Of a DNA stretch of 64,000 nt, positions 1-12,503 are shown piece after piece. A program made the translations under genes and the position numbers. This DNA is from Cyanophora paradoxa CCMP329 (lineage: Eukaryota; Plantae; Glaucophyta), in contig QPMI01000434.1 of the NCBI GenBank assembly GCA_004431415.1, positions 124,001 to 188,000 on the forward strand. Reading direction: 5' to 3'. Every line of letters starts with the position of its first letter. The first letter of the stretch is position 1. Under the pieces are notes generated by a model. The model had not been told where the DNA came from. It did no database searches and was given only the letters and a program-made list of their open reading frames with translations.

Positions 1-1144
1 GGCCCCGCCCCGGCCCCGCCCTCGGTGAGCGCGGCCCCGGCCCGGCCGCCCCTGCGCTGAGCGGGGCGCAGGCGCGGGCGGTGGACCTCGCGCAGATCTA
101 CGCGGCCCTTGGGGAGGCGAGGGGCCTCCACACGCCCCGGTCCGCCCCGCTTGAGTTTGTTACTTTACTTGGTCACCGGAGCGGGAACTGCGGGCGCAGG
201 ACGCCGCTGTCGGCGCGGGGCGAGGTGGAGGCGGTCGCGCGGGATCTGCCCCTCTCCGCGCGCTCCTCCGCGGCGCAGACGCCCCGCGCCGGCACCGGCT
301 ACGCCCCCGTCCGCGCCCCCTCCAGCGCCGAGAAGGCCGGCACGCCCCGCTCCGCCCGCGTGCGCCCCGCCCGCCCCCCATCCCCGCCCCTCTGCCCCCC
401 TCCTCCTCATTCGCCGAACAGCTGAACTCGGCGCGGGCTGGTGGCCTCGCCTTCAAGCCGATCGCCCCGGCCAGCGCCGGCGAGGCGGCGGGCGGCCGGC
501 CGCCCCCGGTGGCAGTGGAGATGTACTCGCGCTCGAAGTGCCGCCCCTCGCCGCCTGGAGCTCGACCCCGCCCTCGCCCCGCCCCCGCCCTCACGCCCGC
601 CAGGTACACGGGCGAGGACGACTCGCCCGGGAGCCTCGAGGGGGTGCGCTTCGCCGACGAGAACGCCCCGGACCCCAACCCCCCCAAGGGCGCGCCACAG
701 TACCCCCCGGCCCCTGCTTTTTCGGCCTCGGGCGAGGCCGGGCGGTCGGGGCGCAGTGCCTGGGGCGCAGCGGGAGGCGCGAGCGGGGAAGCGGGCGCTG
801 CCGGCCGGCGCCGTCTCCACGATGCTCGACCTGGCGCCCTCGCCGGTCAACGTGGTCGTCGCCATGGGCACCCGCCCCGCCGCTACCGCCAAGCCTCCCG
901 CCCCGCCCCCCGAGAGGTGCCCCACGCCCCCCCTCAAGCTCCCGCCCCTGCGCCCGGGCCCGGCGCGGAGCGGTTTTGACGGCGGGGGCGCAGCTCGGAC
1001 CTGTGCGGCGACTTCGTGTCGCAGTGCTGCTGCTTCTTCGCCCTGCCGAGCTTCCGCCCCGCCGCCCGCACCGTCTCCGCCATGAAGGGCGGCCGCGCCG
1101 CCTGGGGCACTAGTGCTGGTGGTGCCGCCGCTGCAAGGCGCTGA
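1..1144 (+). CDS. 3' part of an intron-rich host gene, product unknown
   Basis: Repeated short GT/GC...GCAG intron-like segments separate coding-like pieces, ending ...CGDFVSQCCCFFALPSFRPAARTVSAMKGGRAAWGTSAGGAAAARR-TGA(1142-1144). No recognisable domain. Confidence 0.3.
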
Positions 1145-2552
1145 GCGGCGCGTGTGCAGAACTCTTCGCTGTGTTTTCGTCTATTTTACTTGCAGGTTCT
1201 GTTCTGCTACTAATTAACAGCTAGCGAACATCACGGTCACGATCAAATGCACTCTGTACACGACTACAACGAAAGCTATCTTGTAGAGTGGAATGCGAAC
1301 TCAAAGTTGCGAAAGTCTAGCAGATCTACAGGTCCAAAAAGAACTGCACAAAAAGTACATGGCGAACGACGTGCACGGCGAGGCGACTGCGACCGTTGCC
1401 GAGTTGACGTCGGCGCCGGGGGCCGCTAGGCCGAGCGCGCGCGAAGCGAGCAAGAGGGCTGGCCTCGGCCTAGGCCTCGAGGAAAAAGCAGCTAGGGCAA
1501 GCCCCTCAGGAGGCGCTCGAGCCGTCGTGCTCAGAGTCCTCTTCCTCGTTGCAGCTGCTAGGGCTAGTCCAGATGTCGTTGGTCGTGTCTGAAATTGCAG
1601 GCGGACGAAGTCGGACAGGGCACTTTGCGGACTGAATCAGCCACTTATGAATCCATTCCAGCTTCTCCTCGCCGAACGCGCGAACTGCAGCGTTCCGTCA
1701 GCGATCAGAAGCAAACGAGCGATCATTTCTGCAACGCACCCTGCACTTCGAGCTTACGGATAGAGGCTCGGGTCGCTCTGGGCTTGAACTTCAGCGATCG
1801 AACACCCCACGCTGCAGAAAGGCGATTGGTGGTCACAGCGCCATCAAGTCACCGACGATGAAGGGGGGCTCATCGAGGGTCAAAGGAATCGTTAGAGCAA
1901 CATTAAGCGAGCTGAGGGGTGGCCGATGACGGGCTAGGAGGGCGGGCGCGATGCAAGCGACCCATTCGTCCGCGCAACAGCACAAACAGCTATACGGATC
2001 GTTTGGAAGCTAGGAACTGACGCAGAAGACTCCCAGTGGTCATTTCGGACAGGAGGGATCGGAGAAGACTGGAGCGGTGCACAGGCAGAGACCCGAATGT
2101 GCTTACTGTCATAGAATGATATCAGGCGCTTAAAATCCTTTGGCAGGACATCGTCGCGCCCGCGCAGCTCCCTCATCCGTCGATGCTGGCTGGCTCTCTG
2201 GAGACTGCCACTCAGACTGCCAGTCTCCGTGCCGAAGTTGACGCCGAAGTTGACGCCAAGTTGACGCCACACTGGGCGACTGGCAGTCACTGGCTCAATC
2301 TGGGGGTACAGCTTGCACTTCGAGGTGGAGCTTGCGGCGCAGGTCCAGCCAGGTTCAGCCCGCGGTACAATGGCGGAGCGTTCAAGCAAAAGGAGCCGCG
2401 TGGCCGCGCTGGCCGAGGCGGAGTCGTCGAAGAGGTGAGGGAAACCGGCGCGATAGCGAACTGCTGGGCTTCTGGGCGGCGTCACGCCCCGTCTGGGCAG
2501 AGTCCTCGCTATATGCCGCGAATTCGCACCGTACTTATTGCCCGCTAGGGGC

Positions 2553-5500
2553 ATGGAGCGCTCTGAGTCTATGGACCTCGGCAGCGGGAAGGGCGGCCAC
2601 GGTAAGCTGCTGGATGCGGCCGCCTCCGTTGAAGCACTGACGGCGATTCAGGTCACGAGTCGGACAAGTACAATATCGGCACGTACCTCGCGGCCAGACT
2701 TGAGGAGATTGGCGTGGAAGAGTGTGCGTAGATCGGCCCACCCGCGCGTCAGTCTGGCCCGGCGCTCACGCAGTCACTTCCTCTCGAAAGACTTCGTCGT
2801 GCCTGGAGACTACAACCTCGTGCGTGGCGCTGCCACCGAACCGACTTGCGGTAGCTCACGACTCGCGACCTTCGCAGGTGCTCCTCGACCAGTTCCTCAA
2901 GAACAAGTGTGCTGTAATATGCATCTCTCCGTTCGGCCGTGTTCCGAACGGTCTGAGCGCGACCTGCAGGAACATGACGATGGTCTCCTGCTGCAACGAG
3001 CTGAACGCCGGGTATGCGGCGGACGGCTACGCGCGCGCCAAGGGCGTCGGTGTCGGTGCGCAATCACTGCTCTGCTCACTCCAAAGTTCTGCTCACTCGC
3101 GCTGCCCCCGCTCGCAGTCGTCGTCACGTTCTGGTGGGCGCCGCCCCACACCGCTCCTGCCGCGCCGCCTCGACCCGGCGCCTGACCCCGCGGCAGCGTC
3201 GGCGGCTTCTCCGTTGTGAACGCCGTCGCTGGCGCGTACTCCGGTGCGACCGCTGGTGGTGCCCCCGCTTCGTCTCGCTGGGCGCGGCTGAGCAGGGGGC
3301 GCAGACGACCTGCCCGTGATCTGCATCTCGGGCGGGCCCAACTCCAACGACTTCGGCACCAACCGCATCCTTCACCACACAACCGGTGCCCTCCCCGCCC
3401 CGTCTTCTGCTTGTCCTCGCGCCCTCTGACGGGGGAGGGGTACGCACGCCACGCACGCGCAGGGCTGGAAGACAAGTTCCAGCAGTTCAACGTGTTCAAG
3501 AACGTGACCGTGGAGGCCGTCATTATTAACAACGTGATCGACGCGCCGCGCCTGATCGACCAGGCCATCAGCGCCGCCATGACGCGCAAGAAGCCCGTCT
3601 ACATCGAGGTCTCCTGCAACCTTTCGGCCGTCCCGGTCCGTCCTCGCTGTTGTTTCGATCGCTGCTTCGTCCCTTGCTCGCCCGCCTGCGCTCACTCGGG
3701 AGGCGCCCTCGTCCACGCAGTGCGCGGCGCCGGTGCCGATGCGGATCACGCGCATCCCGCGCTCCAACCCGATGTCTCTCGAGGGCGCCGTCGAGGCCGC
3801 TTTCTCGGTCCGCCCGCCTGCCCGGCCGCCCCGGCGCCCCTAGGAATCCGCCCGCCGGCCGGCCCCTCTGAGCCGCGTGATGCAGGCGTGGAAGGCGGCC
3901 GTGAAGCCCGTCCTCGTCGCCGGCGTCAAGCTCCGCTGCGCCGAGGGTCCGCCCGCCCGCCCGCCCGCCCCCCCGCCCGCCGCACCGTCCAGGTGAGCCG
4001 ACGAGTCCGGGCGCGCAGCGGAGGCGGCGTTCGTGCGGCTGGCGGACGCGGCTGGCTGCGCGGTCGCCATCATGCCCAACGCAAAGTCCTTCTTCCCCGA
4101 GCAGCACCCGCAGGTCCGTCGGCGCATATAAGAGATAAGATAGGGCAGGATGTACAGCATCCACATGCTAAGATTAGATACAGGGATCAGCCGCGCATCA
4201 TCCTTAAAAGATGTCGCCCCGACGCCTCTTGACGCGCGCAACTCGCGCAGTTCATCGGGACGTACTGGGGCATGGCGTCGTCGCCCTGCGTGTGCGAGAC
4301 GGTCGAGGCGTGCGGTCCGCGCACCCGCCCCCCCGCCCCCCCGCCCGCCCGCCGGCGCCTCCGAACCAGCCGCCTCCGCCAGACCTCTACCTCTTCGCCG
4401 GCCCTCTCTTCAACGACTACACGACCGTCGGGTCTGTCCGCCCCCCCGCCCCCCCGCTCCGAAGCTCGCTGGGGCTCGCTAGTGTGTCCGCGCTAGCGCA
4501 GGGTGCTGCCTCCGTCGGGGAATCGGCATCGGGTGATGGGGGAGGCGGGCTGCCCTGACGCGCTCTTTCCTCCCCCGCCAGATACTCGACGCTGATCAAG
4601 AAGGAGAAGATGATCGAGGTGGGGCAGGAGCGCCTGCGCGTCCCCTCGGGGCAGGAGTTCGGCTCCGTCTCCATGGGCGAGTTCCTCGACGCCTTCGCCG
4701 AGAAGAGTGCCTCCTCGCCCCCGCCACAGCATTCCAATCCGAATTCTCGAACCTGACGGAATGCGGCGCGGCGCAGTCAAGTCGGCGAAGGCGGCGAACC
4801 CCGCCTCGCTGACGGCGTTCAAGCGGCTGTACGAGCCGGAGCGGCCCTTCGCGCCGGCCGACGGCGACACGAAGCTCGCGACGAAGGTCTTCGTGCAGTA
4901 CGTGCAGCGGATGCTGACGGGGGACAACGCCGTCCTCGTGGAGACGGGGGACAGCTGGTTCAACGGCCAGAAGCTGCGCCTCCCCGAGGGCGCCCTCTAC
5001 GAGTTCCAGATGCAGTACGGCTCCATCGGCTGGTCCGTCGGCGCCGTCCTGGGCTACGCCTTCGGCCTCCAGAAGAAGAAGAAGCGCGTCATCTCCATGA
5101 TCGGCGACGGCTCCTTCCAGATGACCGCCCAGGAGGCACGCGTACCCCCCCACCCCCAACGGGGGCACGCTGCGACCTCCTCTCACTCCCTCTCTCCCTC
5201 GCCTGCAGGTCTCGACGATGATCCGCTACGACCTAAACCCGATCATCTTCCTGCTGAACAACCGGGGGTACACGATCGAGGTGGAGATCCACGACGGCCC
5301 GTACAACAACATCAAGAACTGGGACTACGTGAAGCTGATCCAGACCTTCGCGGCGGGGGAGGGGAACGTGTTCACGACGCGGGTGGACACGGAGGGGCAG
5401 CTGGCGGAGGCGATCAAGCAGTCGCTGGCGCACAAGGGCCTCTGCTTCATCGAGGTGACCCTCGACCGCGACGACTGCTCCAACACCCTCCTCGAGTGGG

Positions 5501-5556
5501 GCTCCCGCGTCGCCAACGCCAACGGCCGCCCCGACAAGCGCACCGAGGACTTCTGA
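2553..5556 (+). CDS. PDC: Pyruvate decarboxylase (ThDP-dependent), multi-exon
   Basis: Spliced exons read [93 protein letters not shown], the ThDP motif [12 protein letters not shown]...[26 protein letters not shown], and [15 protein letters not shown]. Confidence 0.95.
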
Positions 5557-5867
5557 GCCCCCCGCGCCCCGCCCCCGCCCCGCGCGCGCCTGCGCCCGAG
5601 ACGCCGGCAGCGCGTCTCGATAGGACATGCACGACATGCATGTGTATCATTAAGAATAGAGAAATGCACACAGTTTCGTTGGCGACTACGAGGCTGGGGT
5701 GCATATGCGCGCATGCCCCGGCTTTCTCGGCAGGAGATGGTGAAAACGCTCGATTGAAAACTTGAATTCAAATGCACTGCCATGTGTCTGTACGGGGGAG
5801 ACGCGCGCGGGACGTGCGCGGGAAGTGGGGGGAGGGGAGCGGTACTCGGGCGGGGCGGCGGCTTCAA

Positions 5868-7780
5868 CTACGCCTTGGGCTTGTTGAGGGGCTTCGGGGT
5901 GCTCTTCTTGGCCTTCTTGGCCTTGGCCTCGGCCTCGCGGCGCTCCTTGTTCTCGAGGTCGGCGTCGGCGAGGGTGCGGCCCGTCGCCTCGAGGTACACG
6001 TCGTCCAGCGAGGGCCGCGACTGCGTGATCGAGAAGAGCGGCACGTCCAGCGCCCGCAGCGCCCCCTGCACCTCTGCCCCCGCCCCCGTCTCAGCCGCCC
6101 CGTGCCGCCCCGCGACAGATCGTGAACCCGGGCGCACCGGCGAGGGAGTTGGGGCCCGCGTCGACGACCAGCCCGATGGTGTTGTACTGCGACGAGTTGA
6201 CGATCGCCTGCGCGGCCGCCCCCGGCGCCGGCCCCGTCGGCGTCGCTCACAGAGGCGCGCGCGCGCGCTGGCGCACGCTGCGAACGCAGGGGAGCTTCTG
6301 AAGGGCGTCCCGCACGCGGTCCGCCTCCTCGCTGCGCGCGCGGGCTCGGCGGGGGCGGGGGCGGGGGCGGACAGGGGGCCGGGGGCACGTCGGGGTGAAC
6401 TCGCGGATGCGGAGGGTGATGCGGTCGCCGCCGAGGGAGTCTTTGAGCTCGGAGGGGGTCCCCTGGGCGATGATGCGCCCGTCGTTGATGATCGCCAGCC
6501 GGTCCGCCAGCATGTCCACCTGCCGGCGCGCCCCGGCGGAGCGCCTCAGACGACGCGGGGCGGAGCCAAGGGGGCGGGGGGCGCCTCGTCGAGGTAGTGG
6601 GAGGTGAGGAGGATGCCCACGCCCTCTTCCCGGAGCTCGCGGATGAGGCGCCAGAGCGCCTGGCGCGACTCGATGTCGAGGCCCACCGTCGGCTCGTCCA
6701 GGATCAGCACCTCGGGGCCGTGCAGGATCCCCAGCGCGATGTCCAGCCGCTTCCGGATGCCCCCGGAGTACGTCCCCGTCAGCTCGTCCACGTAGTCCTC
6801 CAGCCCGACGAACTGCGCGCGCGAAACGTCGGCGCGGAGACGGGCGCCCGAGGGCGGGGCAGGCGCCGGCGCGGACCTTCGTCACGAACTCGATCGCCTG
6901 CTTGGCGTGCTCCCGCGGGAGGTGGTACAGACCGCAGATGAGCTCCATGTGCTCCCGCCCCGTCAGCACCTGCGGGCGGGCGCCGGCGCTCGCGGTCAGC
7001 TGCCGCGACGCGCAGCGGCCGCGCGTCAGCTCCGCGCGCCTTGTCAACAGCGAAGTCCTGGCCGATGTAACCGAGGCTCGCGCGCGCCTCCCGGCCCTGC
7101 GTCCTGGTGTCGTAGCCGCAGATCTGCCGGCGGCGCACCCAAGTCAGCCCGAGCGTCCGCTCGTTCGGCGCGGCGGAGCTAGATGGCTAGCCTTGATCTC
7201 GCCCGAGTCGGGCTTCAGTAGCGTCGTGATGGCCATGAGGGTCGTCGTCTTGCCCGCGGCGTTCGGGCCCAGCAGCCCGAAGATCTCGCCGGGATACACG
7301 TCCAGGGAGACGCCGTCGACGGCAATCTTGTCTCCGTAAGCCTTCCGCAGGTCGCGAACCGTCACTACGGGCGTGTCCGTCCTGGGCGCCGTCGAGGCAT
7401 CCGCCGAGGCATCTGTCGAGCGTCATCTCGACACTGGTCGAGTGGCCGCTGCAGGAGGGGCGATCTACCGCACCAGCGCTTGATTTGCTCTCGGCCAGCA
7501 AGCTGACAGCGCGCCGGCCCGCCGTAGATGTGACCGCGATGCGCTGTGCACGCGCAGCCTGGAACCTAGGGATTGCGGGGAGGAAGCTGGATTCGAAGAC
7601 GACCACCCGGCGAGGCCTGAGGGCTTGCGCGTGAGGTCGCGGCGAGAGACGGCGTGCAAAGAATCGGCACCGGGCGGCGGCCACCGCGGAGCATGTGCTG
7701 CGAACGGAGCACCCGGCCGGCGTGTGGACCGGGACCTCAGCGAGCGGCCGCGGGGGCAGCAGGGTCGCGAAAGCCTGCAT
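5868..7780 (-). CDS. DrrA/NodI-like ABC transporter ATP-binding protein, cyanobacterial-type, with probable plastid transit peptide; multi-exon
   Basis: Walker A GLLGPNAAGKTT, signature YSGGIRKRLDIA, Walker B LILDEPTVGLD, H-loop LTSHYLDE, C-terminal QSRPSLDDVYLEATGRTLADA. N-terminal Ser/Ala/Arg-rich extension starting MQAFATL. Confidence 0.88.
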
Positions 7781-7852
7781 TTTGCCGAACACTGGGGGGG
7801 CGCGCCAGTAGGGGGTAGACGTAGAGGAAACCAGCGAGCGAGACCTGCAGGG

Positions 7853-8678
7853 ATGTTGGGCGCCTTCCGCGCTCTCAGCCTCCGCCCGGCGGGGGCTTTG
7901 AGCTCGCGGGCGATGGCGACAGCGGCGAAGGAGTACCCGAAGTCCATCCCGTCGTCCTCGAAGCCCGGCGCGGCGCCCATCATCCTGCCGCCCAAATCCA
8001 GCAGCACAGCACTAGCGCACTTCAAGACGAACGGGCGGTTGAGGCGGGAGGCAGAAAAGGCCGCATGGGCGGAGGGAAGGCCCTACGAAGTGTGGCCCCA
8101 CGTCAAGCTAAAGCGGCCGTGGAAGACGGCAAAGGCGCTTATGATCGAGGTGCGCGTGCCTCCCGCGAGCCGCGCATGAGGTGATCAGTGGGCGGTGCAG
8201 CTCAACAACGAGTACTGCGACAAGCTGAGGAAGGAGCTGCCGGTGTTCAAGTGCAAGTTCCGCGTCGGCGACGTGCTTACCGTCAAGTACAAGGAGCGCC
8301 CGCAAGCTCGTGCGCCACGCCGGCGCGCCGTGCCCGTCCGCCGCGTCGCCGACGGGGTGCGCAGTGCGGTACGACAACATCAAGGGCGTGTGTATCGCGA
8401 TCAAGAAGGCGGGCATGAGCTCGTATTTCACCGTGCTGAGCATGACGGACGGCGTGGAGATGTCTTTCCCCTTCTATGGCGGCCACGTCCTCGAGGTCAC
8501 CGCGACCCGCGCGGTGCGGCCGGCCGCCCTTCCTGGCGCCCGCCTCAGCGCGTTTGACCGCGCACGCCCGCTTGCGCAGGGCGGCCCGTACGAGGAAAAG
8601 CGCGTGCGGCGGGCGAAGCTCTACTACCTGTGGGAGTACGCCCAGGACCTGGACGAGGAGCCCGACGGCGACAACTAG
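7853..8678 (+). CDS. MRPL19: Bacterial-type ribosomal protein bL19, probably mitochondrial; multi-exon
   Basis: FRVGDVLTVKY, KGVCIAIKKAGMSSYFTV, GVEMSFPFY and KRVRRAKLYYL motifs. N-terminus MLGAFRALSLRPAGALSSRAM resembles a mitochondrial presequence. Confidence 0.85.
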
Positions 8679-9142
8679 CCCGCATGCCCCCCATGATTGT
8701 TCTACTCTAAATCTACTGGATCTTTGCGCGCGTGCAGCCCAGGCGCCCCCCCCCCCCCCCCCCCCGGCCGCTTCCTTGCAATTGATTGCACCTCGATCCT
8801 AGACGCACCGTGGCACTGTCATCCGCAGGTTTAGCTCCATAGTTCCAACCCGCGGCGTCTCTGTAAGGCTCCGATCGCGATGCTCGCCCCCGTCCGACGG
8901 TACCGTCCCCGCGCCCGGGCGGCTTGAGCGGTCGCGGCTTGGGCGCCGGCCGGGAAAGGAGAGCTAGTGCGAGCCTCTGTGCGAGTTGGTTGCATGAGAG
9001 CGCATCGAAATCTAGCTGAACTAGCTGCATCTCGCCCTCAGCAGCTGCAGGCTCGAGCTCGGCCCTTCGAGTCGGAGAATCGGGGTCGCTTATCATGGCC
9101 GACAGAAACGGCATGGCAAGCGAAGCTAGCTAGCCTGGTGGC

Positions 9143-9955
9143 CTACGGCCTGTAGAGTCCCGTGTGCGTGAACGGATTGGGCGGCAGGATGACGTTCAGC
9201 TTGCCGTCCTTCGGGCCCACCGGCGGGTACAGGGGCCCCGGCGGGTCCCTCCCCTTGACGGTCTTGTCCCACGAGGGGGTGGTCCACAGGGGAGCTGCCG
9301 CCGCGCGTGAGCCGGCACAGACAAAATCGCAGTGTGGATGGCGGCGCACCGCTGTTCGCCCTCGGCCGCTCCTCTCCGGCCGCACCGCCGCCGCCGCGCG
9401 CCGCCGCCGCGCCGTCGCCGCCGTGACCGCCTGCAGAGGCGGCGCCGCCGCGCGCTGCGCCTCCGTTCGCCGCCCCGCCCCGCGCCGCCCCGCCATTCGC
9501 CCGGGCGCCGTCGCCGCCGCCGCGGGCGCCGCGGGGTCGTTCGTGCCGGCAGGGCCGATCTCGGGGGCCGGCCCGATGCGCTCGATACCGCCCAGAGGGT
9601 GCCCCGGGACCTCCACAAGGCCCCGCCTCGCTGCGGAGCCCGGCCGGCCGGCGGCGTCGGGGGCCTGCCCCGCCAGCGCAAGCGAGCGGGGCGCGCGCTC
9701 ACGCTTCAGGCGCTCGATCGGAAAAGGCGCCTCGACAGGCTCGTTCCTGTGCACTTTCCTGTTCCCGCACCGCAGCAGCTCCCCGCGTCAGATCCCGCCC
9801 CGCACAGCGCCCGGCGCGCCGCACCGCCTCTGGAAGACGCCGCACTCGGCCGCCCCGCGCCACGTGTAGTCAATCAGCTTCCCTTGCCGGTTGTAGTCGG
9901 GCGGGTGCCTGCGGGGGGCTCGCCTCGGGCGGGGCACCCCTCGAGGGGAGGTGGG

Positions 9956-9998
<43 letters not shown>

Positions 9999-10419
9999 GT
10001 AGGCGTACCCCTTCCAGCCGGGCCACGCTTCGGGGTGCTCGAGGCGGGTCGGGTTTGCGGCATCGATACGCTTGCCCCCATCCGCCCACAGAGATTCCAC
10101 TGTCGTGCTGGGGCCGTACCTGCCGCGCGGCCCGCCGCTTCAGCCAGAAGCCCGCGCCTTCAAGCCGCTTATTGAGCGGGGGCATACGGTCTTGCGGCGC
10201 CGGGGACGCGGCTCAGCCCCATGGGGCGCGGGGGCAGAAGCGAGCTGGGGTGCGGGTTCTCATTGCGCTTGAGCCCCTGGGGTTTGTCCGGCGCGGGGGT
10301 TGGCGGCGGCACGTGCCGTGCCCCTGCGCGCGGCACCTCTCAGCGCCTGCATCCAAGAGACCTGACGCACTGCGGCGGGGCGCACCCTCCAGTTTGGGAG
10401 GGGGCACTGGGATCTCCAT
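9143..10419 (-). CDS. Hypothetical multi-exon host protein
   Basis: Coding-like exons MEIPVPPPKLE, YGPSTTVESLWADGGKRIDAANPTRLEHPEAWPGWKGY, HPPDYNRQGKLIDYTWRG and WTTPSWDKTVKGRDPPGPLYPP...TGLYRP*, separated by short introns. No domain recognised. Confidence 0.45.
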
Positions 10420-11095
10420 CAGCTTCTTGGATTTGTAGAGAGAGTCGCGGTCCACGCCCCGCCTCCTCTCGTCGCCCGGATAGTGCTTCTTTTGAGTATC
10501 CAGAATCGTTTTCGGGGCGGTTTGCCTGCGCAGCGCTCAACGCAGAAGGCCGCTTCGCATATACTGGGGGCGCACGGCGACTGAGTCAAGAAGTGATCGA
10601 ACCCCTTCTCCAGCGCAGTGGTCGGCCCCGACACTGCAGAATGCGCTTTGAGCGATTGCCTTGCATGCACGAGGGCGGAGGCACTGCACCCATGCGCCGT
10701 AAGCCCTGAGTAAAGTGCATGGGGGCCGAGCCCTCGACGCCGGGCTGTCCAGGCATGCTGAAAGCCTCTAGCTAGCTAGCAGAGTCCAGAATGTGAGCGG
10801 CGGGCCTTGCAATTGCCACCAGGCTAGGATGCGCGTCTAGAACAAAACCGCGGCTGGCGTGGCTAGGTTGTATGCCAGTCGCTCCAGCAACTCAGCTACG
10901 TTCTCTTGAATCGTCCGTGCAGCTATACAAACCTCGACGTTGTCGGCTCTTCAATTCGTCTGTACCCGGCTCCCCTAAGCCCCATATACTCCCTACCTCC
11001 CGTGAACCGCAGCGCGAGGCGACCGGACGTCGACTGACTCGTCATCATCAACGCTACTCTACGTTACTACAGACGGCGAATCAGATCACCGCGCA

Positions 11096-12053
11096 ATGGA
11101 AACTGAGTATAGGACGGGTTTGTGCGACTGCCATAAGGACCCCAAACTCTGCATCATGAGCTGGTGCGCTCGGCCGACAAGCGCGAGCCTCCGCGGCTCA
11201 CGTATGCATGTGGGCAGGTGCTGGCCGCAGGTTGTAATGGGCCTTACAGATTTCAAGCTCGACAAAACGAAGAAAGAAGCCATCGCTATAACGGTGCTCG
11301 AGCTAACGCTGCTTCGCGCGCTCATCTCTGAAAGGCTCGCTGTGCAGTACGCTATGGACTGTTGTTTCCCTTGCATGTAAATCAGCCTGCAATCCCGTTC
11401 TCAGCGTTAGTTGTTGTTGAAAGCCATGTCAGGTGCACGGGCCTCGGCTGGTTTGGGCTAGGGACCATCATGATCGGCACTGCCAAGCGCGCTAAGGCAA
11501 GCCCCAGCCGGGTCCCCCGCGCGGGCGCCCCGCCGATCGTCGCGCAGATCCGGCACACGTACGGCATCGAGGGCGACAGCTGCAAGGACCGCTGCACGCT
11601 CTGCTTCTGCACGTGCTGCGCAGTGCGCTGCTCGGCCCGCCCCGCCCCATCCGCGCCGCAGCTGACCCGAGCCGCCCGCCCCTGGGCAGGTGGCGCAGGA
11701 CGCCCGCGAAGTAAAGCGCGCCCTTAACCTCCCCCCCCCCCCCCCCCCTCCCCCCACCCACCCACCCCCTTCCCCGCGCCTGAGCCCGGGGCAGGATGCG
11801 GGGGGAGGGGCGCCTGGGGGCCGTGGCGCCCCTGGGGAAGGACGGCGGGGTACAGGAGGAGCCCTTCACGGCGCAGCGCCTCGAGCCCGGGGAGCCGGCG
11901 CCCGGACAGGAGGCGGCCTCGTGGGAAGCCGGCCCCGCCCCAGCCGCCACCCCGCCCCCGATCGCCACTCCGACGCCGGCCCCGCCCCCGCCGCCCGTCG
12001 TCATGGCGCCCCCCGAGTCCCCAGACCCCGCCAAGCTGAAGCAGGTCGACTAG
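11096..12053 (+). CDS. PLAC8-family cysteine-rich protein, paralog 1
   Basis: YRTGLCDC...CIMSWCWP, IRHTYGIEGDSCKDRCTLCFCTCCAVAQDAREVK (PLAC8 signature), Pro-rich tail. Confidence 0.85.
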
Positions 12054-12503
12054 CTCACGGCCGGGCCGGGCTCGTTTGCCATCTGCCTATGAACTAAATA
12101 CACTTAGATCTTATCTAGAATGTATCGATAATCAAGCTTTCAGCGGCTCATGATCAGCGCCAGCTATATACAGCTATCGCAGCTTCCGCGGCCGAAGTTC
12201 TGTACCGGATTGCAGATCTAAAGAGCCTCGAGCTCGGGGAAGGAACACATATTTCGTTTATATTGCAAAGTTGTGAATGCAATCACACTTAAATTATTCG
12301 AAATACAATCATAAGAGCACTGCGGCAAGCGCTAGCTCTGAAAGAAGGGAGTGGCGGTGAGACTAGGAGCGTAGAGCTGAAGAACCACTGCGAATTCCGT
12401 CCCTATCTACCTTTATACACGGATGCTTGGCACGACACCTCCAGTGGGTCATGGCTCGGCGGGGGTGGGGGGGGGGGGGGGGGGGCCTAAAGGTGCGGCC
12501 CGC

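Noticed and set aside
1247-2554. Short ORFs upstream of PDC
   Set aside because: No recognisable motifs or consistent exon structure.
9955-9996. Poly-G/poly-C runs (also ~8746, 11730, 12465, 55335, 55817) as poly-Gly/Pro coding
   Set aside because: They lie in introns, UTRs or intergenic DNA, and homopolymer lengths are unreliable.
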